DNA of 49,124 nt from Hyphochytrium catenoides (GCA_900088475.1 FLMG01004613.1:1-49124), one strand, 5' to 3'; counted from the stretch's first letter, positions 24,501 through 38,369 are shown. Translations and numbers: made by a program. The notes: generated from the sequence alone by a model not told the origin.

Positions 24501-27500
24501 CTTTAAATCTCTGTCCTGGTCACCAATTGTTCCTGTGAGCCTTTGAGCGAGTTCTTCGTACGGAGTGTCTCAAGAACGCCCACTGTTAGCGGGCTGATCT
24601 CTCCCTTTCCTCCCTCTCTCTTTGCTTGTTCGATTTCTCTTCCTTCTGTGATCTCTTTTCTCTCTGTTTGCTCCCTAGGCGTTTTACCACCGCTCTTGAA
24701 GTTAGCGACATCGCCATCATCAGAGATTAGGGGTGAAGTCGCCCGGTCTCTTGCTCTGTTCGCATCTAAGGCCGACAGTCAAAGCTCGCTGATAAGAAGC
24801 GGGGCCGTCCAACAGCTTATAAACTTCGCGAGGAGTAGCGATATCAAGTGCCAGCGATTTGGTTTGTTCACTCTGTCCTCTCCAGACCCTTCTTCTTACT
24901 CTTACAGCAAGTGTGGCGCCATCTCTGTTGCTTTAACTTCTACTTTCATTTTTCACCTGTCTTTTTTAGCCTCGAAGGCACCACCACTTATGATGCACCG
25001 TTTGCCTTGACTTGGTGGTGACATGTATATTCCCGTTCACCCCTTGGCTTCCTCTGCTTCTCGTTGGCCCCGGATCGCTCTACCTTCTTGCTCCAGTAAT
25101 ATTATGCTAGTATGGTCCTCTGTTGAATGCTCTTTTCTTCCTTGTCTACTTTCGTCCCTAACTGGCTTTTCGTGCAAATTGTCGACATGCAGCCGTCCTC
25201 GGCATCGGTAACCTAGCCGTTACTACGTCGAACCACGAGGATCTTTTCAATTTAGGCGCCATTGCCGCCATTCTGTCCCTTGCCGCTTCCGAGGACTTGG
25301 AGACGCGGCGGTGTGTAGCGTTTTGCCTGAACAATGTTAGTGTCAATGAGAAGAACCATCCCACATGCGGACGCCTCGGCATTCTTCGGCCCCTTGTCAG
25401 TCTCCTGAAGCAGGATGATAAGGACACACATCTACAGGTTTGAAGCACACACTTCCTCCTCTTGCTGGTCCATTCTCCTCAAGAAAGTCCAAACCCAGTT
25501 GTTCCATTAGTATACCGACAATGTGGACGTCAGAGGTGCTTGAAGTGCTTAGTATCCTATTGATTCTTGATTAACTGTAGGCGGCAGTCGCAGTCCGGCA
25601 TCTCTCTCTCGATAGCAAGAACCGAACTCAATTTATCCAAATCGGGGGATTGGAACCCCTTCTCCGCCTCTCACGCTCAGAAAGTGTGGAAGTACAGAGG
25701 GAAGTAGCAGCTTCTTTAAGGAACTTATCCTTGTCTGAAGATAATAAGGCAGCGATTCTTGCCGCTGGAGCACTGAAGCCTTTACTGGACTACGCACATG
25801 CTCCTGATGTAGAGGTAAGACAAGAGGAGACGGTTAAAGGGTCAGTGTAAGAGAGAAAGAGATGGAAAGCAGTCCTTTTGCTGTTGCTTTTTACGCTGAT
25901 GCCCTTTTGCTTTTACTTCTTCACGGCCTTCTTTCACTGACTTTACCCCTAACTCGCTCGTCATGCGTTGTCCTTCTCTTGCGGGGTTTAGAGTTATTTC
26001 TCTTGCGGGGTTTAGAGTTATTTATCTCCTCGTCTACCTTCATGGTCGTGCTCAATCTTTTGATGTCTTGTCCCGTCATCGGTATAGGTCGCGCATCAAG
26101 CCTGTGGCGTGCTGGCTAATCTGGCAGAAGTAGTTGAGAATCAGGGCCGAATGGTCGAGGAGGGAGTGCTGCAGCATCTGAAGTTCGTACTGCGATCTAA
26201 GAGTATTGACGTACAAAGAGAGGCCGTCAGAACGCTGGCCAACATGTCCGCAGGTACGGAGTAGATTCTATTTTAGCTGGACATTGTGCAACGCAATTGA
26301 CATCTCTGTATACCCTGTCGCCTTCGAGGATCTTCTTCTAATGCTTGCTTGTCCTCTAATGACTCTCTCCCTTTTCAGAGTATGCACACACGGCGGAGAT
26401 AGTCTCTGGTGGAGCATTGCCTCCACTTATTGCTACTCTCTCCGCACCTGATTTCCTATGTCAGCGTTATGCGGCCATGGGAGTGGGAAATTTAGCCACC
26501 AACCTTGGGAACCAGGTATAATCATTGTCCCTGTTGGCGCTTTTCCCGGCAAGCTCAATCTCACAGATTGCAGTAGTCCTTGGTTTATTTGTCGTTGTCA
26601 ATGGCAGCTATCTTCTTGGCCCCTATCTCAGTAGCCCTCAGCCCTACCGTTGTCCATAGAATTGCAATTGAATCTACTGTCGTTGAGTCGAGTCCCAACT
26701 CTTGACGACGTCCCTCTCTTGCTCAATCAGGAAAAGATTATGCAGGATGGTGCATTGCAGCCTCTGCTCTCTCTGGCACGGGGAGAGAATGGAGATCTTG
26801 ACAGCAAGCGTTACGCCGTTCTGGCGTTGACTAACCTCTCCTGCGCGGCCAAGAATCATCCACAGCTCATTGAAAGCAATATTTTGAACCTCTTTTCGAA
26901 GATCCTCCATCAAGAGGCAGAAGTTACAGATCGAGAGTTGAGAAACAGCGTCGCCCTTGCCTATGCGAACTTTGCTAGCGTGCCGGCGAACCATGGACTT
27001 ATCATGCAGGTATCAGGAGAAAAACTTCCTGAGCTAACATTGCCTAGGAAACTACCTTAGTTAGCTAGGCTTGCCTAGGGGGGATTTCAATGAAAGAAGA
27101 GGAAGCGGGTCAAAAGTATCAGAATACGCAGCCATTTTATATGTGAGAAGAGAGAGAAAGCCTGACTGGGTGACGGCAGAGATTGGGCTAGTGATCAGAA
27201 TTCGCGATAGGATCGCTACAGGAAGCGTAAAGGAAGAGAGAGAAAAAGCTGAAAAAGGCACACAAAGGGGGCGCTGACCGTCGAAACCGAGAGCAGGCTT
27301 AACGACTTCATTGTCCCCTTGAACCTCATCCTCTTCCCTTCTAATGGCCGTTTCCACTGTTGCTAATATAGGAGAACGCACTGGGACCCTTGATTGCCCT
27401 CCTAGCATCAGACGACCCACAAGCTCAACTTCATGCCGTTTCAGCCCTAAGAGGACTTAGCTGTAACGAGGAGCTAAGAAGAGAGATTATTCAAAAGGGA

Positions 27501-30500
27501 GGATTGCAGCCTCTTTTAGCCCTGGCACATTCGGAGGATGTGGAAGTCCAGCAGGTGAGACAAGAAACATGTACTGACGAGATGCGACTGGATAGGCGAT
27601 GCCATACTTTGACGTGTTTCATGGCCCATGATGCTTTCTTTCGTCTTAGTTGGAGATGATGGCAATGTTGAACGCCCGTGGTTGTCACTAGGATCTAACT
27701 CCCTGTTCACGCTGCAGGAAGTTCTTTCGTGTCTATGCAACTTGTCTCTGTCCGGATGCATTGCTAACAATGCCTCGGACTTCATAGAGATCTGTAACAT
27801 CAGGTCGCTCATCAGCTTCCTCTGCTCAGCTGATACCACCTACAGACTCTTCGGAGCGGTAACACTTGGCAACTTAGCCGCTAACTTTGCCTATCATAAG
27901 AGGATCGTAGGTAAGGGAGTGTGGTAGGACACAAGGGGCAAAATAAAGGCGCTGACGCTACTATGGGACGGCAGGTCTAGCCTCTTACTCTCGTTCCGCC
28001 CGTTCACCACCATCCGCCTCTGTATCGTCTGTTGGCTCTTTCGAACAGGTGACGGAGCCATCGCTCCGCTCGTTACCATAGCAAACTCTGCGGACTTGGA
28101 GACCCAACGTGCTATAGCCTTTTCTCTCTGTAACTTGGCTGCCAATGAAGAACAACGCCCGTCAATAGTAGAGGAGGGAGGGCTCCCTACTCTCATCTCT
28201 CTGGCCTGTTCAGAGACGGCAGAGGACCAGAGGATCGCCATTTCTACATTGAGAGCCCTATCTGCTTGTAAGTGGGGTCTCACGTGCGCTGTATCAAAAG
28301 CCACTTCTGTTGCGCATTCCCTAGATCGCTACGTCAGAGGCCCCTGCGTTCTAGATCGACAGTTGAAAGTCTAAGAAGAAAGTTTGGTTTATACTTCCGG
28401 GATATCTTTCTCGAGTTGTTGCGCCTAAAGCAACTGCTTTGTGTGTCTCTCTATTTCCCTTAATGTAAACTTTGTACTTCTCTTTTGGCTGACCTTTATG
28501 CCGTCGTGCTCACGGCTGGCCGTCTCTCCATTCTCTCTCAAGCCCAAGAGGTTCGGCGACGTCTCGTATCGGAAGGCGTTCTTGAGGCGCTGATACTCGG
28601 AGCGGCTTGCCCTGAATTAGAAGTGAGAAGAGAAGTGGCATCTGCCTTGTACAATTTGTCCCTCAACGAGGCGAACAAGCTAGATATAGCGAATAATAGT
28701 TCGATGATAGCAGAGGTAGGGAAAGTACTTGCGTTTCAGGTTTCAGCTCATACGTCAACTCACCTGTCTTTATGTGACTTCCTATTCGCAGTTGATTAAC
28801 CTCTGCCTCACTGGAGACGTTGCAACTACGAGAGCGGCTGTAGGGGCCCTAGCAAATCTTTCGGAGAACTTTGATGCTCATGAGGCGATTGTTCTTCCTC
28901 GGGGGCTGAGGTTCTTGCAAGAGCTGGAGAGGGAAGAGGATATTTTGCTTAGAAGAGAGACTTTGAGGGCACTGGCTAATATGACGGGGAATATGAACTC
29001 GCAGGTAGAACTATCTTCTTGGCAAAAGAAACTTGTCACAGACGTACCACCTAACGTTTACACTTTCGAAGCACCATTCTGCTCTGTGGCTTCCTCGTCT
29101 CTCACGGTGTCATTGTCTACTTTCCTTGACGTTGGACTTCGGCATGCTCTAGATTTTGTCATATAATGGTTTAGCCATTGCTTACTAGGCGTCCTCTCTT
29201 TAGAGCTTTCATTTTCTCCCCTTAACACCGGTTATCCTCCTCAATGTAGGCCAGGGTCTTCAACGAGGAACTCCATAAGCTCCTCGTTTCCGCTTTAGCA
29301 CAGCCCGACGCTGTCTTAAGGCGCTTTGCGGCGGTTGGCGTATTCAATCTCTCTATTAACCGTGGAAACCATCATTTCCTAGCCCAGATCCCTCCTGTGG
29401 CTGGTGCTGGAGATGCAGTGCAAAGGCTGTGCAGACAGGTCAGGACAGGACCATTGATAGAACTGGATTAGGAACGCTTGCTTTGCCGATCTGCCGAACT
29501 ACTACATACGCTTTTGCCTCTCGCTCTCTTTATTTTCTCCTGCCCGTTCGGGTTGTGCTTCTTCGCACTCGGTCTGATGATTGTAAACTTTTCTCTGCCC
29601 TTAGAGGCAGTCTCATCCTCTCTCTCTCTCTCTCTCCCTCTCTCACAGTCTCACTCACATCTCATCCTCTCTTCTTTCTCTCTCGCTCTCAATTCCCGCC
29701 TTAAATATTTATCTCTATCAAACTCACACACCTTCTGTCCTCCCTCGCAAACAACATTACGTTAAGGTGGAGACGGAGACCGATTTGGAAGCTCTCAGAT
29801 ACGGGGTCCTTGCTCTAGGCTGCCTGGCAGTTACGCATGAGTATCACCCAGTTATGATGACCTTGGGGCTTCTTCCCTCCATCGGCCGAGCCATGACGTT
29901 TAAAGCAAGCGATGCCTCTCTGGAAGAGGCAACAGGCGCGGTAGATACGGATATGGTCGCTAAGCACAAGAAAGAAGGAGAAGGGACGGACCTCGAGTTA
30001 AAGTTCTATTGTGCCTACCTCCTCACAAAGCTCGCTATGGCGCCGTCTAATCATGAGGTGATAGGAAAAAGTGGTATCATGAGGGAGCTGATACTACTCG
30101 TGAATAAGGAAGAGAGGCTATCTCCCCGCTCTCAGGCGGTTGCGGCCCTTCGATGGCTAGCAGAGTACCCACCTAATCGATTGATTATGGTAGGGGAGGG
30201 GATCTTGGGAGCCCTCTCCTCTGCAGCAGTGGCTGCATCTCAGTCTTTGCACTCGGTTGCGAAGGACCCAGGAGGTCGAGAGATAGAAATCCAGAGAGAG
30301 ATAGCCGCGTGTCTCTGTTATATCACTCTCAGTCCTGAGAACAAAGCCCTCACCGCACAGAGTGAGATCATGGCTCCGCTTCTCGCTCTTTGCCAACATG
30401 ATGATGTAGAGGTTGCTCGTCAAGCATGTGGAGCTATTGCGAATATTTCAGAGGACTCATTGACGCACGTTAAGCTGGAAAAAGGGCTTCAGCTGCTGCA

Positions 30501-33500
30501 TAACTTCGTCTTCCTTATGCGTTCGAAGCATCTTCCCGTCTTTAGAGAGGCTTCTCGGCTTGTTTCCAACATGCTAACGACAGAGGAGTTGCATTCCATC
30601 TTTCTGAAGGAAGATGGCCTGCGATCCTTGCATAGAGTGACCAAAGTGGATGATGAGGAGTGCCAATATAACTGCTCCCTATCCTACCACAAACTCTCAG
30701 TCAATTCTGAAACCCACGGTGCGATAGTAACGGGTCTGTTGGAAGGTGCAGAGATGGAGGGAGAAAAGGCAGGAGGAGCAGGCGAGATCACAGGGACCAT
30801 GAGCTCATCGCTCTCGCCTAGCATCTCTTTGGTCTCTATTTATTCCCTTCTTTCTAAAAGCGACCCGCGGACTCAGCGCAATGCCGCCGCTGCTTTGCGT
30901 AACATATGCGCTAACCCTAGCTTTAAGCCTCATATTGCTTCTCACGGGGCACTTCAGGCAGTTATTGCTCTGGCAAGAGCCTCCGAGGTGGAACTGAAGT
31001 GTCTCGCCATTGCCGCTCTTCGGCATCTGGCGTTGAACCATAAGGTGCGGTCTAGGGGTGGTGAGAGAGCCCGAGATGAGCTTCTTACCTTCTGCAGTCT
31101 CGCCAACACGAGGATAGGATTCCTCTGTTCCCTCAAATGCTTGTCTGCAGATCACAAGTGCTAACACCTAATTCTGCATTTGTCATACTTCTTTTTCTGT
31201 TGTCTAGGTGAAACATCCGATTGTGGAAGCAGGTGGCCTAGATGTTCTCTTTGATTGCTCTTCGAATAGCAACCCGGACTTGCAAGCGCAATGTGCAGGA
31301 GCCATTGCTGCCTTGGCAGAGGAGACGAGAAACCAGGTCCAAATGGCACGGATGGAAAGAAGAGGCCTCGCGTCACTTCTTTCTCTGAGCCAGTCATCTA
31401 GTATTACCACTAGGGAGGATGTAACCCGTGCTTATGCCTCGCTCTCCTCCAACCCTGAGAACCAGATGGATGTGTTCCTTCCCACCGATTACGGGGCAAT
31501 CTTCTCTCTCTGCTCCACGAAGGAGAAGTATCTTAAGAGGGAAGAGGAAGGTGGTGCCCGAGAGGAGGCAGAGAGATTGAATGAGAGGTGTGGGACAGAC
31601 GGATCGATTGCCATCGGGAATCTGGCTGTGATAAGCAAGAACCAGTTGCAGCTTGTTAAGCATGGAGCACTAGAGGCTCTAGCTTTCCCTCTTCGCTCTA
31701 CATTTGCCTCCTGTCAACTTTATGCAGCTAGGGCCCTGTACCGTTTGGCCGCTCAGATTGACAATCACGACGCTATTCTAAAGGCCAAAGCCTTGCAGCC
31801 CCTCGTGGTTCTTCTAGGCAATAAGGCAAGTGGGAGTAAGGCGTAGCTGGGGCACAAAGCGGCACATCTCTTATGGCAGCTCTGTGTCAATAGATGATGT
31901 TTTTCTACGAATTGCGCTCAGCCTCATCTTCCAACATGTTTCTTTTGCGAACATTCGTACTTCCTGCCGTTCATTGTTTGGGCGTGCTTCTTATTAGGCG
32001 TCGACATGCTAAATAAGCCCGTTCTCATTTGGACTCGTGTCGCTTCAATCGCAGGATATCGAAGTGCAAAAGGCGGCCGTGATGGCTATCTGTAACCTCT
32101 CTACGTCTGTTGATACTCAGCTCCAAATAATGGAGTGCAGAGGGATCAGGTAGGTCTGCCTCATATCTCTCAGTTTTTTGGAGGAAGCTAAGCTATCCAC
32201 TGCTAACATTTCACGTTGTCCTCCCCTCCTTAGGCCCTTGATAGATATGACGAGAAGTAAGAGCCTCGAATGCAAGCGTTATGCAGCAATGACGCTTTGC
32301 AACCTCTCGACAAGTGTCTCCAACCAGGTAATAGCGCTAAGAGAACAAAGTACAGAGGGCGATGTAGTATCTGCGCTATAACACCTCAACGGTCTGCGCT
32401 AACATCTTACCTCTTTACTGTTGGGCAGGCGCATATAGTGACCGAAGGTGGACTTAAGGCGTTGATTTACCTCTCTCAGTCAACGGACCCCGACTGTCAG
32501 CGGTACGCCAGCATGACGCTGAGCAATGTTGCTGCCAACCGGCAAAATAGAGTTCCTGTTGTGGAAGCAGGAGGTGGGACCATCAAACTTACTCTTGAGA
32601 TAGATAGGAAATGGTGGCGAAGTGAAGAGGATGTATACTGGGAAAAATCCACTTCATTCCCTCTCTATCATCGCTGCTGCGTTTCGTAATCTTACTGAGG
32701 AGTGGTCTCACTTTCTCTTCATGCTTACCAGCACTGGAACCGTTAAGGGTGATGGCTGAGAGCAACGTTCTCGAGTGCAAGCGCTCGGCAGCGCTGGCTA
32801 TCTATAACATATCGTGCGCAGCAGCCAACCAGGTGTCCCTCGTATCTTCAGGTACTCCATTCTATCATGAGTTGTTTTTAGTCTGTCTAGCTACCTCCAT
32901 GGCCGATAAAATTTGTGTCCAGATGTGTCTGCTTCCTTGATCTTCAATGACCTTATACCGTTGTTCTTTAATGTTGTTGCTGTTGTAGGGGTTTCGAATG
33001 CCGTAATCGGCCTTGCAACATGCAAGGATGTGGACGCGAAGCGCTATGCGATCATGACCTTAGCCAACCTAGCTGGTAAGAAGCCTGCTGCGTCAACGAT
33101 CCCATTCTGGCATCCCCTAACTGTGCCTTTTGACGGTAGCGAACGAGGAAACACGGGCAGCAGCCACACGTAGCGGCGGGTTGCACTCCCTTATCACTGC
33201 ATGCAGAGATCCAGACATGGAATGCAGAAGATACGCAACAATTGCACTCTGCAACATTGCATGCAGTCCACAGACTCAGGTAAAGTAGCTAAGCTTCTCA
33301 GAGATATGGACTATATAAAAAAGTAGAGACTTGCGCGAGTGAGTGAAGCCCACCGCAAAGCAAGAGCATACGCGTCCTTTTGTTGAACCCTTGAACAAAT
33401 AAATGATTTCAGATGTTCTTGTCGTAGTGCTTGCTTTCTTGCTTTCCCAATGTAACCCCAAATGGCAGCCCATGGCCGGCTGGCCCAATCATATCGTTGT

Positions 33501-36500
33501 TCATGGCTCTTCACTGATCTTCCTCTTCCTCTATATTAGGTCCAAATCGTAGCCCATGGTGGGCTGGCACCTCTGAGTGCAATGGCGGAATCTTCGGACT
33601 TAGACAGTCAGCGGCACGCCATTATGGCTATCAGCAACCTCGCAGCAAATGAGATGAACCACCCTGCGCTTGTACAGAGGGGTAAGAGATGGGATGACAA
33701 GAAAAGGCGATACATGAGGTTATAAGGTTAAGTTAGGGCCATGGCTCTCGGAGGAGGTAGAGTTGGTCATTTCAGTGAGGAGAGCAGACAACCTACAGTG
33801 ATCCTTGTCACACCCTCTTTCTCGATTCTGGTCTCTCTTATACGTTTGTGCCCTCAACGTATACTGCTTCTGCAGGTATGCTCAAGACCATTATGGATCT
33901 AAGCCAGAGCAACGAGCCGGACATCAGGCAGTATGCTGCCTTCGCCCTTGCCAACTTCGCATCCAATCCTCAGTACTGCTCATCTGTGGGCAAAGAGGGA
34001 GGATTGTTGCCCTTGATAACTCTGGGTAAGAAGAGCATCTCGCTATATAGGTTTCGGCATCAGTCCGTGCCCCTATACCATTATCCCAATTACATACATT
34101 GCTTGCTTTCGTGCTCTTTCAGTACCTTTATCTGCCCACTTGCTGACAACAACTCATTCCTTATAGCGTTCAGCCGAGATATCAGTGCCAAAACTCTGGC
34201 CATTGCCGCGCTTCGTCGTCTCTGCCAAGAAAACGACGCTAATCGTGGGAGAGTGGTGCACGGTGGCGGGCTGCGTGCTCTAGCTATTGCTGCAGTGTCT
34301 TCTGAGGTGGAGACTCAGAGAGAAGTTGCAGCCACGCTTTGCAATCTTTCGTTGGGAGAGGAGTTTAAGCTGGAGATTATGAAGAGTGGCGTCATCTCTT
34401 CCCTTATAACAATGGTGATGCCATCCGCTATCTCGTGACCTTCAGATCCTCCTCTAACTTGTTTCTATATCAATCTCAATTATGAGTATTCTGGTGCTCT
34501 ACTTTCCGTTATCTGACTATCATTGCCATGAGATTCAGGCTTACCTTGATCTGAGTGCCCTACTCATAACGGGAAGCCGCTAGTCTAAAGACATCTAACG
34601 TCTAACTTCAAGGCTCAATCCCCGGATGCTGAGGTCTCGCGTCAAGCCACAGGAGCCATTGCGAACTTGGTAGAAAGGGTAGAGACTCACGAGATTATTG
34701 CCAGTCAGAGAGGGTGCAGGTCAGGCTACGATGTAAAGAGACACTTCATGAGAGACCTTGGCTTAAAAGGCCCCTTGGATGCTCTTCCCAATTTATTTGG
34801 CACCACAGATTCCTCGTAGGCCTCTTGCATCATAAAGAGAGGGACATACATCGAGAAGCCTCCCGAGCAATTGCCAACTTGCTCGCGTCCTTCCTAATGC
34901 ATGAGGAGATAATCAACGACGGGCTTCCTGGGCTTCTCTCACTGGGTCTCTCATCTGATCCGGAATGCCAATATAATGCAGCCTTAGCTCTACGAAAGCT
35001 CAGCCCCAATCTAAAGAGCCATTTTAAAATTTTCAATCTTGGAGGCTTGAAGACTCTATTCACCCTGATCCAAGTTGATGACCTAAAGACAAGGAGACAA
35101 GCAGGTGAGAAGGAACTCCATCCTCTCTGCGTTGTCATCTATATCAATGCATGCCCTGGGGAGCCTGAGCATCACAGTCTTCTTTGCTTTTAGTGATTGT
35201 ATCCGTGGCAAAAGATTCATGCCATTCTAGCCGCCTTCTCCACCGCTATGTGCCTCTCCTCGACTACGCGTGTAATCTCCTAGCTCCGTAGTTTTGGTTC
35301 GAGCTTGTTCTTATCACTTTTACCCCAGCTACTGCGCTACGTGACTTGGCTGCCAATGAGGAGCACAAAATTAAGTATGCTGACAGCGGAGGTATCAAGG
35401 CTCTCGTCGACCTTGCTAGAGATGGTAAGAGCAGATTGGTGATTTTTTTGGCTCCATAAAGTGTTGGATAGTCGCTATGTCTGTTCCGTCTATTTTGTCT
35501 CTCCCATATGTTGCTTGAACCGCTGATTACTGATTGCTATTCCATTAGGCGACGTCGCTCTTCAGTGCCTCGCAATTGCCGGTCTTCGACATTTGTCAGT
35601 CGACGATCAGCTTAAACGGAGAATCGTTGTAGCCGGTGGGGCACTTCCGGTCGTGATCAGTGCAGCTCGGAGAAGCAATGTCCTTGACTTGCAGTGCCAG
35701 GTGCACCAGGCGTTTGCTCTACGCTTTTCCGCTTTGGGTGCTCTGCCTATATCTCTCACCTTTTCTTCTTCTCCCGGCATTAGATGCCTCTCAATCCCAT
35801 TTTAAAGGAGACTTCCAATTTAATCCGCACTTCACGCTTGATTACCTTTCTGTCTGGCTTGGTGTTCCGTCGAAAGGCTATTCTAACTCTCTTCTCAGGT
35901 GGCCGGACTTCTAGCGAATCTTTCTGAGAATCTAGAGAATATGATAACCATCGTGGAAGCGGAGGGGACATCTCTCCTTGTAGAACTGGGTGGGGTCAAC
36001 CATATTGAGGTCCAACAGGATGTCTCTAGAGCACTTGCCAACCTGGCCTCCAATGAGGAAAATCACACCATAATGTTCCACCAAGGAGGTAAGCCCCATT
36101 TGTCTTCACCAAGCCCTAGATGCTTCTATTTCTTAGTCTCGTTTGCTTCACTGGTGTCTCGTCGGCCCTGTACTGGCATTGTACGGCACCAGTCTTGATA
36201 AAACCATCACCAGCTGCTGACACACGGTGTGCCTCATTGTAACACTACAGCGCTGCGGCGTATGATTGCCCTTACGGAGTCTCCGCAAGATATTACCCAA
36301 CGTTATGCGGCAATGGGCCTTCGCTTCTTGGCGTCCAACCCTGAGGTGAGGGTAGAAATCATTCGGCAAAATCTGCAGCCTGCTTTCATTGCCCTAGCCC
36401 AGAGTCCTATCTTGGACTTTCAGCGCACCGCTGCGGGTAAGAGATGAAACCATCTACCACGAGACAGAAGTGGTTACTAACCGGCTTTCAACTTCAATTG

Positions 36501-38369
36501 CCCATGCATGCTACGTCTCTAGCTGCTTTTGCATCTTTCTCTTTGAATGAGGAAAACAAAATGAAGCTTGTGCGCAACGGAGGCTTAGCTCAGATCATTA
36601 AGTCTACGTCACATCCTGACCTTGAGGTCAAAAGGGACTGCACCTTTGCCCTTGCCAACATCAGCGATAGTCCGGAGTTCCAAAATGACGTTGCTCGAGA
36701 GGGAGGGTTACAGACCCTTCTTGTCCTAGGCTGCCACGATGATGCCAGAGTTCAGAGGGATGCAGCAAGAGCACTTGCGTCGCTCTCTGTCTCGGAAGAG
36801 ATAAGACAGGTACTGACGTCAGAATAGCATTGGGGTATCTTTCCGTGCCTAGAACATTACCATTAATTTTACTGATTCTCGTTCATACGGTGCAGTTGAT
36901 GCTTGCAGCAGGTATCCTGCAGACCTTACTGAAGCTAGCTCGCTCTTTGGACGTCGCCAGCCAACGGTACTCAACTTTGGCTCTTTGTAATCTGGCATCT
37001 GGAGAGAACAAGAGGAAAATGATCGAAGAAGGTTTGGCGCCTCACCTAATCAACCTTACATGGCTCTCATGTACAGCATCTGTCCTCCAGTTAACTCTCT
37101 AGCAGTATCTGGTATGGGCCGATATATTCCGATTACTAAAGTCACGCTTCCTTGCAGGAGCCATACGTCCTCTAATGTTCCTTGCGAGGTTTCCGGATAC
37201 CGAGATCCAGCGATTCGCCTCCCTCGCCATTGGTGGGCTGAGTTTGGGAAATCACGGAGATAATAAGATGAAGATGGTTGAGGAAGGGGCTATTCGACCA
37301 CTGATTGAGCTTATTCGGTTCCCCAACTTTGATGTTCAACGCTGCGCGTCTTTGGCTCTAAATGCAATAGCTTTGGGACGGCTACAACCAACAAAGGTCA
37401 ACATCATGCAAGAAGATGGTAAGCTTTGAGTGCATAGATCAGAGCGCGGACACTAAAAACACCTTACCCAGTCCGAGGAGGGAGAAGGCAAAGAGACTGC
37501 TAGAGGGATGAATACAATCTTGCTAACCCATGATCCTTTTCCCTGCGCAGGCCTATTACCCTTGTTGGGTCTAGCCGCTGCGGAAGACGTGGAGTGCTCT
37601 CGGGCCGCACTCTATTGCCTGGGGTCGTTGGCGGAGAATACCGCCTGCAGAGCTAAGCTGGTAGAGCTAGGCGCGCTGATCACAGTTATTACTAAGGGCA
37701 ATTCGTGTTCAGATGTTGAAATCCAACGCAGCGTTGGTTATTTCCTTGCGCTTGTGGCACAACAGCAGGAGTATCATGATGACTTCGCCCGGGAGGGTGG
37801 CATCGAGCTCCTCGTATCGTTAGCGTCAATGGAAGATGTTGAATGTCAAGAGTATGCGACCTTTTCGCTCGCTCATCTTGCGAGCAACAGAGACTATCAA
37901 AGCAAGCTTGCCCAGGCCGGGGCATTGAGACCTATTATTGCTATAATGTCCGTCAATTCTGAACCTCGCCACTACGCTGGTCTGGCGCTACTGAAGTTGG
38001 CCGACAATTACGAGAACCATCTGAAGATATTAGAAGAAGGTCAGTTCGAAGAACCATCGATTATTTGTCAAAAGGGGACTTTTTCTAACACTTTGATTCT
38101 ACTCTTCAGGTGGAATCCAAGCTCTTTTGCGACTGGCGCGAGCTCGATCAACAGACGAAGAGATGCAGTACAAAGCAGCAATGAGCGTGGGTAACCTGGC
38201 TGCGAATGCAGTGAAGCTTCTACCCAAACAGACACTATCTGGTCCTGGCGCCGCCGATATTGGCGCCGGTGCAGCGCGAATGAGCCGGTTAGCAGCTCCC
38301 CAAGGCTTGAAGCGTGGCAAGGAGCGCGCTGCCGAGTATGTAGACAAGAATGCGCCCAAAGAAGTTTAG
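18543..38369 (+). CDS. Giant armadillo-repeat protein ('Vac8-like' class), ~50 exons, roughly 3,700 aa by estimate
   Basis: Continuous series of ARM repeats (e.g. IVEEGGLQPMISL-S-D-DVHHQAAAALRGLA, EVQREAGRALANLAAN) running from MAKVLETLIAKGRR (18543) to DKNAPKEV* (38369). I counted 49 splice donors by hand, and the junctions I checked were phase-compatible. Confidence 0.9.
25975..26023 (+). repeat. 24-bp direct tandem duplication in an intron
   Basis: tctcttgcggggtttagagttatt occurs twice consecutively. Confidence 0.85.
31826..32054 (+). other. GC-AG intron in the giant ARM gene
   Basis: AAG|GCAAGT ... GCAG|GAT ATC GAA GTG restores LLGNK-DIEVQK. The nearby GT donors are out of phase. Confidence 0.8.

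Noticed and set aside
25975-26023. Telomere-like gggtttag within an intronic duplication
   Set aside because: There are only two imperfect units inside a 24-bp duplication, not an interstitial telomere array.
19414-38359. Numerous minus-strand ORFs opposite the ARM gene
   Set aside because: They are antisense shadows of coding exons with no independent motifs.
4488-38369. Functional cluster DHHC + RabGAP + 'EHD' + 'Vac8' (membrane traffic/palmitoylation)
   Set aside because: The ARM protein lacks Vac8's acylation motif and the GTPase looks mitochondrial. Adjacency in a compact eukaryotic genome is not evidence without conserved synteny.
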